Source: Lama glama (lineage: Eukaryota). From it: a DNA stretch of 64,000 bases. Positions 25,606-37,560 of the stretch are shown here, piece after piece. The notes below the pieces were generated by a model. That model made no database searches. It saw only the letters and a list, made by a program, of their open reading frames with translations, and was not told where the DNA came from. The position numbers and the translations under genes are program-made. Each line of letters begins with the position of its first letter. The stretch's first letter is position 1. Where the stretch lies: assembly GCA_028534125.1 (NCBI GenBank), contig CM052817.1, forward strand, positions 23,562,001 through 23,626,000. The letters are read 5' to 3'.

Positions 25606-27405
25606 ATATTACAGTAGTTATAAGCTGATAACTAAAGGTCAAAAAATTCATGAAAATGGGTAAAAAATACTAAATAAACATATTATAAAACAGCCAAGCC
25701 AATGGCCAATTAACAGGTAAAATCAGGTTCAAACTCAGTGGCCAACAGGAAAATTGACATATAACAGAAATAATCTAGTAATCATCTATCAGATGGATAG
25801 AAATTAAAAAGAGTACTCATAATTAGTGATGCTTGAGATGACATGGAAGATAATATTTCATGGATGCTTTCTAGAAATAAGTTTATTATTTTTGAAAAGC
25901 AAACTGGTGATATGCACTTCAATTAAAAATGCCATGTTTCTTCCATAGAATTATAAGCACATGCACTTTAGGATATTTGCTGCAGAAGATTTATTGCAAC
26001 ATCTTCTGTGTAGTTACAAAACACTAGAAGCTAAGCATATACCTATCAATTGCAGAATGATTGGACAAATTGTGGTTCACCAATGTCATTAAATAAAATT
26101 GGTTAGCTTTGTATCAGTTGATTTGAAGAGATTGCTAAGATGTGTGGTTGGAGGCAGAAAGCAAGGAAGCAGTGTACATAAAGTGACCTCACATGGGAAA
26201 AATCGACCAAATTTTTTATGATTTTGCATGATGGGAGCCTGGAAAAGGCTATGAAAAGATTTGTGAGAGATTGTTAACTTAGAAAGGAGTTTGGGAGAAA
26301 GTTCAAAGGAAAGAAAATCTTGAAATCTGCAAAATGAATTCTACTTATAAAAAACAGATGATAATGTGATGTGATATATATATGTGCATCCACAGAAAAC
26401 ATGCAAAAGGTAAATTTTTAAGATCTTATTGGCATTTATATCAGAGTGGTATAATATGTTTTGGATTTTATATTTTATTTAAAAATTTTGATATTATTTA
26501 AATGTTTCACAATGAGGATAAGAAGAGGAAGAAAGGAATAGTAATTGTATGAAAACAAATAGAATTTTTATAATCTGCAATGTATTTCAGAAAACTATTT
26601 AGACTCCATACTTAAGAGATATAGAGTCTTATGAGGTACTTAACCTTTTAGGCAATATTTCCTCCTACGAGTAGAAACACTTTCAAATGCCATGTCTTTA
26701 TTTCCCATAAAAACTGTTTGCCTTTTGGGTTTCCACCTCTTGTTATTGGCAGGGAGGAAGCCTTTCTTTTTCAGGGCTGCAGGTTAGTTACCAGATCAGC
26801 AGGAAGGCTGCCTGTAGCTGAACACGATTCCATAGATTCTTTTGGTCTTACACCTCAGTCTCCACCTCTGAGACCAAACACCCATGGATGAGAGAGTTTT
26901 CTATTTTTCATGAAATATTAATTCCCTTTTCAGGAAAGTCTGACAGTTCTCAAAATGATATGCTCTCATAGAGAAACAGAGTTCTTTTTTCTTTTGCTAT
27001 ATGTTCAGAATTAAAGTCCTTGAAGGCTAAAGTTAACCATCTTGTCCTAACCTCACAGTTACAAAAAATAAAGGAGATGCCTTTTAAAATAATGTTATGT
27101 AACCCAAGAGGTGACAGAGTAATTTTCTGTGTTATTTTCTGTTGTCTCATGGGGATATTGATAATTCGTAAGATATGAGCAGCTGACAGACGTAAATATC
27201 TAGTTAGGACAAAATTAATTATTTTGCCTTATTGTAAAAATGAAGTTGTTTCTCATCTAAGCTCTTGAATTGAGACCAAAAATAACATTTTAGTGTTTTT
27301 GTCTTGTGTCAATTTTAGATTATGCTCAGTTTAGATGTTTGTTTTAAGCATAGGAGATCTTTCTTTTTGTTTTCTCTTGGCAAGTCAGACTCCAGAAAAC
27401 AAAGT

Positions 27406-27541
27406 AACTTTTAATTTATCTTAAAACAAGTATGATTACCCAGATTTAGTATCCAAGCACTTAATGGTAACAACTGTGCATAACATTCAGCTAATAAATG
27501 TTATGCCTTATAAGCCACAGAGGAGTAAAATCTAATATGTT
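27406..27541 (+). repeat. 136-bp direct duplication, copy 2
   Basis: See copy 1; longest shared block is cttataagccacagaggagtaaaatctaa. Confidence 0.9.
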
Positions 27542-28565
27542 GCAAGGTTAAAGGAGACAGAGAAATCAAGACCAATATGGAAAAATTTACTATTGCATTT
27601 GTATGAAGTGACGTGGATATGACCCTATCTCCCCTCCCTCATATCAAATACAAAGTAATTGCTAGTGATTCGCATTTTTTTTGTAAACCTCCCTATTATA
27701 GAAAGTATAAATATAATCAAGGAGGATAAGTAAATGTGTCACAAATAGTTTGGGCTGCTTACTGAGGATCTCGTTTTTATATTTTAAAATATATAAATTA
27801 TAGGGACGTTTCAACCCTGTGGATTTTTTAAAGCATAGGAATCCTATATTGAAACAACTTCTTAGATTCCTTCCACATAAGCCTGAATTACAGTTGCCAT
27901 AATTAAATTCCAGTTTCATTCAAACTTTATATGTTTTAAGCCCATGTTAAAATGTAACTAAAACTTCTTTTGCATAAATGTCACTAGAGTGGTTCTCTAT
28001 GTCTCGCCCTAACACACACAAACATACACACACACACACACAATCACACACACTGTTCTGTTCCACAACCCCTGTGGCTCCGAACAAACTCAACCCTAAA
28101 ATTTTTGAGGCTATTAAAACTCTATCAAAATTGGAACAGTCTGATCTGAATTACTCCCTATGGTCCCTAAAATCCCAACAAGCATTCAGAATTTACTTTA
28201 AGTTCCTAAAATGTCCATTGCCACATACTTTACAAACCAGAAATAGTCGTTCCTTCCTTATCACCCCATTCCATTTGACTTCACTCATACCAGTTTGTTA
28301 TTTGTGTTGCAAACATTTGTTTACTTTGAGTCTGTGGGAGTTACTTTGTGAAGAAAGATTTCCCATATTAATTATCTATGTATCCCCTGTATCTAAATCC
28401 AAGAACACCTTCCATGCAGAAGCCCGTCAATAAACATTTACTGCATTTAGTTGAAGTCTAGTATCTAAATTCACAGGAAGAAAAAGGCAAATGACAAAGG
28501 CTTTCAGTCTTCATCTTCTTTCCCTCACTAATAGAATTCTCAGATACATGGAATGTGCACTTGCC

Positions 28566-28566
<1 letters not shown>

Positions 28567-28614
<48 letters not shown>

Positions 28615-28615
28615 A
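28567..28615. repeat. (TA)n(CA)n compound microsatellite
   Basis: Direct read. Confidence 0.95.
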
Positions 28616-29189
28616 TATTTTAACGGTATCTAGTGATCTCTCCTCTCTTAGTGATCTGTCCATTAACACATGGAATAATTTAGATGAACTTAAAAGATTT
28701 GCCTTGCTGAGCATCATTTGCCAAGTGTAGCTTTAAGCAAGATGAACACTTCCAAAGGAACTGCTTTAAAACTGCTTTAAAATATTTTCTAGACTGAATC
28801 AAAAAGAGTCCCTTAGTCCCTTATCTGACAAAAATGACAGATTCACTACACACATCACTATTTCTTAATGGGGAATTATTTCAGTTTCCCAATCATCTAG
28901 GTCCTAAAGCTAAAGATAGATACACTAAAATTAGTTTACAAAAATGCCAGACTTCCCTTGTGATTTCTGATGCAATGATTAATACAGCCTGCCATGGACA
29001 CATTGAATATATAACTTAAGAAGTCTTAAGGTATAGTAACTTCTCTGGAATCTCTTTTGAGACAATCTTTCTACTTATTTTGCAACTCCCCATAACTAAA
29101 AAAAAAAAAAGGTTTAATAAAGAACAGTTTGCTCTTAAGAACAGATACCTTGAACTTAGTACTGATTTAAGTGTATTTTAAGTGTAACA

Positions 29190-29480
29190 TTTATTTATCC
29201 AATGAATATGTAATGAGAATCTTTATGTGCCAGGTACCAGATTGTATGGCAATTAAATGGCAATGCAGATTCAAACAGGACTTTGTCTGCACCCTCTTGT
29301 TGCTTAGGCACAAGAAGGAGAGGACAGACCACAAATAAATGCATACAGTTGTGTATAATTTGAAATAAAGAGCAGTAATTTGAAGCACTGACTATAAGGG
29401 CTAGTGAGTGGCTGGGGGGGTAGCATTTTTAATGAGTTGCTCAGGGAATTCTCTGAAGATGGGGTATTTCGGCAGATAAT
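29190..29480 (-). mobile_element. L2 3' fragment
   Basis: atttatttatccaatgaatat...tatgtgccaggtac. Confidence 0.6.
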
Positions 29481-30114
29481 GGAATTTAAAATTCAGAAAC
29501 AGAAGGAGAAGTCAGCTAAGCAGATAAGGATACAGAAACTTGTGATGTAGGAGGGAAAAGAAATCAAAAGTTACTTGGTGAAAGTATATCAAGGGTTTTT
29601 TTTTTAAGACTTTTAATTATCTTAGTGTCTTAACCTTAGCTATTAGCAAAGAGCCAAGAATCGTCAGATATTTGATGAAAGTCTCCAACTAAGAGAGAAA
29701 TACTAAACTTAAACAGAAAAAAGAAAGGAAATAGAGCACATCCAGACAATGCCAAAAGTAGACATCCTCAGAAAAAAAATCAGTTGGTGCTCTCACAGAA
29801 TTCAAAGATATTGCATCAAAATTATATATGCGAGCATTTTAGTGCTATCTGATTTATAAGCCATGAGCATGTATTACATTAACAATGATGATAAACTAAT
29901 TGAGAGATTCTTTTGTATAGTATACAATAAGCAGGTAGTCTTGACTTGTTAAATTTTTTGATGATAAACTGTGACAGAAAGATGAAAAAATGATAAGAAA
30001 TAAGAAAAATGGTTCTGAATAATTGGAGAGACATTATATTTTTTGATAAAGGGATTTCTGTGATTTATCAACTAAAGTACTATGACTGAAAGGAACAGAA
30101 AAAGCAATACACAC

Positions 30115-30190
30115 TGACTGAAACATTGTGCTGTACACCAGAAATTGACACATTGTAACTGAATATACTTCACTTTAAAAAAAAAAAAAA
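30115..30190 (+). mobile_element. Camelid-type L1 3' tip with polyA
   Basis: tgactgaaacattgtgctgtacaccagaaattgacacattgtaactga...An. Confidence 0.85.
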
Positions 30191-31569
30191 ACACCAGTTC
30201 AATAACCAAAGAAATGAATGGCAGGGATGATAGTAAGGCTACATATAAGAACTGGCGAAAAGGTATTAGAAGAAAACAACATTTTAAAAATGTATACCTG
30301 ACTATAAATTTAGTCTACAGTACCAACAATGTTTGCACTTGGAGAGACTTTTCTACATTCCGTAGGATGGAATCCTTGGTTCTTGAAGCCTTTCAGTAGC
30401 CTGTTCAGCGTGGTGGGAGACACTGCAGAACGTGAGAATTTCTGCTGGTATCATTTTGTTTGACTTATTTAAATAATTATTTTAGTATTCCAAGTTAATG
30501 TGAGGTTTCATAAAACTAGTAAACACCTCTTAAATGACCCTCTAAATCTCAGAAATGGCAATTTTAAATCAAAGAAGGTTTTGTTTTTCCTTTTTGTCTT
30601 TCTTTCCCTAAATTGAATATTCTACATTACAAGACAGTATTAACAAGAAGCAAACTTTCATTCAGATGGCTGATGGTGTGAATTCCCTTTGTGCTTTATT
30701 TTTATTTCTAGTGTTTATATGACATTTAAAGCACCTCTGCTTTGTTGATAGATATTGAACACCAATAATTGTACTACCTGAGCTAATAAGGCAACTAGAG
30801 CGTGTTTACTGTGCCCATCAATTTTCTGTTCAGCAGAACATCTCAAATCCAGTTAACGAGGAAGAGCAGTGCGAAATGGCTGCTTAATTGTGTATATGGT
30901 ATTCTCCAAAGCTAACCAATGACCTCAATTAACAAATCGAGGTTAGCACTGTTCATTTCACTGTCTTTCACAGCCTTCTGCAGCTGCTTTCCCCAAAGCA
31001 AGCCTCTGTCTCATAGAGAATCTTTACTGGGTTTGCACTAAGCAGAGAGATTGGTCAACCCACAGAGGAAATGATGAAGATCTCGGTTTAACCTAAACCT
31101 GAGTAGAACCACAAACAGCAAAACAATTTTAGCTGTTATTTTTCTTTTCAGAGTGCTTTGAGAACCTACGAGTAGGGAAAATAGAACTTTATGTCTTCAT
31201 ATCATAGACTTCCTTGGGGCTGTACTAGAATGTTAATAAAATGCTAGGTAAAACATATATCTAGCATCCAGGGACAGGAATGTACTGTCTTTGCAAATGT
31301 TAAATAAGCTGTTCCATTATCTTGCACATTAGCTCCATAACAAAATACACTTTGAACATAGCTTAGATATTTTTAGTGGTTGATAGCTATCATTAAAAAG
31401 ACAAGGGATGGCATGAATACCCTTTAATCTGAGTAGGCTTTTTTTGATGGAAATTTAAAAAGATATACTCAGATTTGTTTTTTACTTTTTCTGTAAAACC
31501 TAACTTTTAAGACTAACCGTAGACAGAAGGCCACATTATAGGAAGACAGGGGGAAAAAAAAAGTTAAAT

Positions 31570-32434
31570 GTTCTGGTTCTGGGAAAATTGGGCAGCTACA
31601 TGTAAAAGAATGAGATTAGGACATTTCCCCACACCGTACACAGAAATAAACTCAAAATGGATTAAAGTCCTAAATGTAAGACTAGAAACCATAAAACTCC
31701 TAGAAGAAAACATAGGCAGAACCCTCTTTCACATAAATTGTAGCAATATTTTTTTGGATCTGTCCCTAAGGCAAAAGAAATGAAAGAAATAAAAATTAAC
31801 AATGGGGCTTAATTACACATAAACGCTTTTGCAAAGCAAAGGAAACCACTGACAAAATGAAAATACAACCTAATGAATAGGAGAAAATATTTGCAAATGA
31901 TATGCTGGATAAGGAGTTATTATCCAAAATATATAAACAGCTTATATAACTCAACAGCAAAAAAAACCCAAAGAAACAACCAGTTTAAAACATGGGCAGA
32001 CCTGAATAGACATTTTTCCAAAGACATATAGATAGCTAAGAGGCACATGAAAATTTCAACATCAATAATTATTAGAGAAATGCAGATCAAAACCACAGTG
32101 AGATATCATATTACATCTATTAGAATGGTTAACGTCAAAAAGTTATAAATAAAAATTACTGGTGAGAATGTGGAGAAAAGGGAACCCTAGTACACTGTTG
32201 GTGGGAATATAAATTGGTGCAGACACTATGGAAAACAGAATGGAGGTTTCTCAAAAAACAAAACATAGAACTACCATACAACCCAGCAATTCTAATCCTT
32301 GGCATGTATTTGAAAAAAAATGAATCATTAATTCGAAAAGATACATGGCACCTCAAAATATTCATGGCTGCATTATTTACCATAGCCAAGACATGGAAAC
32401 AACCTAAGTGTCCATCAACAGATAAATGTGTGTG

Positions 32435-32465
<31 letters not shown>

Positions 32466-32945
32466 GATTTTATATATATATATATATATATACATGTGTG
32501 TATATATATATATATACACATATATATGATTTTCTGCTATTTGCAACAACATGGATGGACCTGGAGATTATTATGGTTAGTGAAATAAATCATACAGAGA
32601 AAGACAAATACTGTATGTTATCACTTATATGTGGAATCTAAAAAAATAAAACAAATGAATCTATATAACAAAACAAAAACAGACTCACAGGTATAAAAAA
32701 CAAACCAGTGGTTACCAGTAGGGAAAAGGAAGTGGGGAAGCACAAGATAAGGGCATGGGATTAAGAGACACAGACTGTTATGTATAAAATAAATAAGATA
32801 CAAAGATGTAATGTACAGCACAGGGAAAATAGTAAATAATTTATAATAACTTTAAATGAAGTATAATCTATAAGAATATTGGATCACTATGCAGTACACC
32901 TGAAACTAATATAATTTTGTAAATCAACTATAATTAAAACAAAAA
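31570..32945 (+). mobile_element. 5'-truncated L1 (ORF2 C-terminus + 3' UTR) with an internal TG/TA microsatellite at 32427-32527
   Basis: Peptides WENWAATCKRMRL...INSKWIK and [11 protein letters not shown]...WKQPKCPS. Confidence 0.93.
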
Positions 32946-33719
32946 GGATGAATAAAGTCAGAGCATCTAATGAAAAAAAGTCAAATCTTGCTAAAGTCAG
33001 ACTATGTGAAATACATTATTTAAAAAAATTAAAAATATTGAGTATTTTTCTTTCACATTCGTAACTAAGCATGTTGTATTCTCTTCACGACATATTTAAT
33101 AAACCAACACAGGCTTATACAAGCTCTTTCCAACTCTGGTTGTAATGAGGAGAAACTGTGGTGCCTTGAATGTACTCTAGAGAAAGAGATTAAAATATTC
33201 TACTATCATCACTGTACTATGTGAACAAACCCAATTTCCCCTTTATTACTTCTTTCAATATGCCAGGAATGCTTAACAAAACAGTATAATTAAATTATGG
33301 TGAAATTCTTCCATTTATTTACAGAGAAACAAAATATTCTGTAGAAAGTTTTAAGCAGGAATATAGGTGAAAAACAACAAATGGGAGATATAATACTCCT
33401 ATTTGACTCATGAGAAAATAAGAGGAAAAATTTTTTTCTAAAAATGAATCTCCATTGTTTGAAATATTTTCTGGCAATCTGAAACAGGAAGTTGAAACCA
33501 GCAATCTTTGTGTTGAATCTAGAGTATCTATTTTCTTATGATTGTGCCAGTATTCATTAAAATTCTATTTTACTGGTTTTTATTCTCTGCCTCACATAAC
33601 CCTTGTTTACTCTACTGAATACCTCTATAAACTAGTTGGCTGAAAAGTGACAATGTAGAGGATAATTTTACTCACTATTTATAACAGTTCCATCCCTATC
33701 TGCTTCCTAATAAGGGGAA

Positions 33720-33910
33720 GCATGATTTTGGAATATGGTTCTGGAGTCAAACACTGGCTTGAATTCAATTTCTTCTTATTAGCTATATAATTTTATGTGA
33801 ATTACTTTTCCAACCTTGAATTTCCTCATATTCTGTACTAGGATAATAACAGTAATAAGTTTCACCCTAGAGTTTCATTTATTTGAGATGGTGCTTCTTA
33901 GAGCAGTGTT
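33720..33910 (+). mobile_element. MIR SINE, decayed
   Basis: ggttctggagtcaaacactggcttgaattc...tttcctcat...ggataataacagta. Confidence 0.65.
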
Positions 33911-34339
33911 AAGTTTATTGTATACATAAACTATATGTTATCTACCATTTTGTTTTTATTGCTATCATCATCATTATTATTGATTCAAAATAAATACTGA
34001 AGTCACCCACCCTTTCCCAGCAGAATTCTAAATCACAAGAAGTGCAAAGCCAATGATGACTAAAGACCAGAGATGTGCAGCTATAGATGTGTTTCTTAAT
34101 CCCATGGGTATTAAATAAACAAATGTTCACAAGGAACAATAGTCTCGTGTTGCCAGTCTTGGACTCTTGTATAAAGCCTATACCGTATATAGCAAGAGTT
34201 CAAAATCCATGGGTTTGTTCTAGTTCTTTCCTCCCTGATAAAATAAACTCATAACTAATCTTACTAGCTCTTTTTAAAATTTTCATTTTAATTACAAAGT
34301 CTCTAGAACAACAGATCATGTTTCTTATGGATTAGCTCC

Positions 34340-35020
34340 AAGAGATCTGTGAGCTTACTGAAGTGAATGCAAATATTGGTAAGTACAGTTTTTACATTGT
34401 CTCCTAGAGACTTACTTGTCTTTATCCAATTCTTTATTTAAGTTTTTCACTGGAGTCAGAGCAATATTTTAAAATGAAAAATGCACTTTCAATAATACTA
34501 CCAATAAGTCTGATTGACTAAGGAAAAATTAATATTCTCTTAATCTTTAGGATAAATATCAAAATCCTTAACTTGAACGTGAAGGCTCTAAGAGGCTTGA
34601 ATTTTATCAACCAAAGTAGTCACATTTGTCTCATTTCACTTCCTAAAATGTATTATTCCTCCCCATGTCACAGGGCCTTACTACATGCTGGTCTTTTTGC
34701 CAAGATGCTGGCTCCTCTGATCCCCAACACACTCTACATCATTCTTCAGGTCTCAAAACATCTTTTCCTACCCTCCTTGATTAGGATAGACACCCGTATT
34801 ATACCCTCTCATGGTACCATGTAGCTCCCCAATGTAACTTTTATAACAGTTCAATTTTTAATTTACTTATGTATTAATCTCATTAATCTCTGCCTCCCAC
34901 ACGTATTTTGTAAACTCCTTTTTGGAAAGTATGTGATCTATATCTGTTCACCTTTGAATTATACCATTTAGCACAATGTTTGACAAAATAGATACTTGTT
35001 AAATGAGTGTATGAATAAAT
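34340..35020 (+). mobile_element. L2 3' region, decayed
   Basis: cacagggccttactacatgctggtc...ttgtaaactcctt...gttaaatgagtgtatgaataaat tail. Confidence 0.6.
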
Positions 35021-35232
35021 AAATTAAAAAAATTTAAAAAAACATATTGCTAGCTCCAGTGTTTATCACATTATATTGTTATATTGAAGGCAGAAGATTT
35101 TACTGATTAATCTTTGAGGTCGTAGTTGTTTCACCTAATGTCTACTACATAAAAATCAAGAAATCTGTTGAATAAAGGCAAAAAGAAAGTCTAGCATAGG
35201 AGTGACCATAGAATAGTCTTCTAATGAATGAT

Positions 35233-35732
35233 NNNNNNNNNNNNNNNNNNNNNNNNNNNNNNNNNNNNNNNNNNNNNNNNNNNNNNNNNNNNNNNNNNNN
35301 NNNNNNNNNNNNNNNNNNNNNNNNNNNNNNNNNNNNNNNNNNNNNNNNNNNNNNNNNNNNNNNNNNNNNNNNNNNNNNNNNNNNNNNNNNNNNNNNNNNN
35401 NNNNNNNNNNNNNNNNNNNNNNNNNNNNNNNNNNNNNNNNNNNNNNNNNNNNNNNNNNNNNNNNNNNNNNNNNNNNNNNNNNNNNNNNNNNNNNNNNNNN
35501 NNNNNNNNNNNNNNNNNNNNNNNNNNNNNNNNNNNNNNNNNNNNNNNNNNNNNNNNNNNNNNNNNNNNNNNNNNNNNNNNNNNNNNNNNNNNNNNNNNNN
35601 NNNNNNNNNNNNNNNNNNNNNNNNNNNNNNNNNNNNNNNNNNNNNNNNNNNNNNNNNNNNNNNNNNNNNNNNNNNNNNNNNNNNNNNNNNNNNNNNNNNN
35701 NNNNNNNNNNNNNNNNNNNNNNNNNNNNNNNN
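35233..35732. other. Assembly gap (500 N)
   Basis: N run. Confidence 1.
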
Positions 35733-35880
35733 CCATTTGTTTATTCTTGCTTTTATTTCTTCTAGGAGAAAATTTTTGAAATGTATGTCAGATAATGTTT
35801 TGCCTATGTTTTCCTCTAGGAGGTTTATTGTATCTTGTCTTATGTTTAAATCTTTAATCCATTTTGAGTTGATTTTTGAA
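35733..35880 (-). mobile_element. Young L1 ORF2 fragment (5'-truncation end), remainder in the gap
   Basis: ccatttgtttattcttgcttttatttct is also present in the L1 at ~22971; gcctatgttttcctctaggagg. Confidence 0.85.
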
Positions 35881-35889
35881 TAGAGCTTC

Positions 35890-36361
35890 CTTTTTTAAGA
35901 GCAGTTACTTTAGAAAACTTGTAACTATAAATCCCTTCTCTGTCCCTTAGAGACGTATATCTTCTACTATGCAGAAATTTCTCCTTAAGAACTTAACAAC
36001 CAGCTCTTTGAAATGCGAACACCCAGGAGACAGCTCTCCTGTCTCCCCGTTCCTGTGGGACAGTAGGAGCCTAACCTTGGTGGGTGCCTTACCCAATCTA
36101 CAAAATGATCTCATATCCTAAAGGTATGAAAAGTTTGCCTCTCCTCCAGGTAAGTGTGAATTAACAAGCACAGGTGGCCTAGTCACATTGACAAACAAAT
36201 GCCCATCAATACTTTCCCCTTAGCAGACCTAGCATTTTAAAAGCTTTCTATCTTTTGTTTTGGTCTAGTTAAGCGCAGTCTCTCTCCCATACTGCAATAG
36301 TCTGAATAAAATCTGTCTTGCAATTTTTAAGCAGTGTCTGGTGAATGATTTCTCTTTGACA
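35890..36361 (+). mobile_element. MER34/MER39-like ERV1 LTR (5' part missing)
   Basis: ctttgaaatg...ctcctgtctcccc...gtaggagcctaacctt...ctgcaatagtctgAATAAA...tctttgaCA, as recalled for MER34-family LTRs. Confidence 0.75.
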
Positions 36362-36559
36362 CTACTCTACTTTGTCACTCTATAGAAAAGAAACTGACCT
36401 TGGATATATGGTTAGGAACACAAAAGGTAATAAGAACTGACTTAAGGATATTTTATTCCTGTTTGTTGAACCTGGGGCCCCACATTTTTATTTTTTTAAT
36501 GTGCTCCACAATGAATGCAGATGGTCCTGGTGGTAGCAGTTAAATAGTAATAGTAGTAG

Positions 36560-36730
36560 TGGTGGCAGCAAAGGCTGACATTTATTAAGCAGTTGCTCTG
36601 GACCAAGTTCTGGTCTAAGTGTTCTATGTGTATCAATTTATTTAATCTCCTAACAGTGATAAGACACTATGCTAATACAAATCCTTTTTGATAGTTGAAA
36701 AACTGAGACAACAGAGAAGTTCCGTAATCT
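36560..36730 (-). mobile_element. MIR SINE fragment
   Basis: gctgacatttattaagc...gatagttgaaaaactgagac. Confidence 0.65.
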
Positions 36731-36759
36731 AAGAATTAAAACCCGTGTAGGGAAGTGAT

Positions 36760-37560
36760 AGTGAAAAACGGAATGGAAATAACACATGCAAAAGACAGGA
36801 TGGAAAAAGAGTCAAAAGGAAATAATGAAGGCTTAGCCTGAAGAAAGGATTTCACATCAAGTTTGTTTTCCTGTTTTTGTTTTGTTTCATTTTGCTTTGC
36901 TTTTGAGCAAGGAGATTAGGTACATTGTTGAATATTAACTGAGATGGTCTTGAGGAATAAGATAATAAGTTTAGCTTTAGTTAAACTGAGTTTATATGAA
37001 GATACAGATAATTGGAAATACAGATCAGTTGCTCAAGAGAAAACTGGAAGCTGAGGAAATAAATTTGGAAGAACCCAGTAAGATGATATTTGATAAGAAT
37101 ATACCAGATTGACATATAGGAAAGACAGCTGAAGAAAAGACTTAAACAAGGCCTTGTTAGAAATCCTGGAAAAAGAGGAGGCAGAAGTGGGGTCTGAGAA
37201 ATGCTCTTTCTTCTGCAGTGTCATTTAACTCCAGAGAGGAGAGAGGTTAAGTAAGCAAATTATCAAGAGTTCTAAGTGTTGCAGAGAGCTCAAGGTGGGA
37301 TGAGGAATTACTGAGAACAAAATACTGGAGTTAAGGATAAACACTGCCGACTATCAAGAGAGCAGTTTCAGTGCAATGAGAGGCAGAAGCCAGATTGCAA
37401 ATGTTTACAAAGGGAATTGTTGGTAAGAAAGTGAGGATTGTTTGTTCTTTTCAGATGTTCGAATTGAGAGGAGGAAGGAATAGAATGGTGGAAAAATAGA
37501 GCCAAGGAAATGGGTTTTAAGGTCAGAGAGGTTTGCCTTCTTAAAAAGATAAAGAGACAG
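36760..37560 (-). mobile_element. L2 ORF fragment, decayed
   Basis: Purine-rich; agagagcagtttcagtg...ggcagaagccagattgca. Confidence 0.6.

Noticed and set aside
27978..28433. 151-aa ORF
   Set aside because: Runs through a CA microsatellite and an L2 tail; no recognisable domain
35221..35883. Long ORFs in the track
   Set aside because: Artefacts of the 500-N gap
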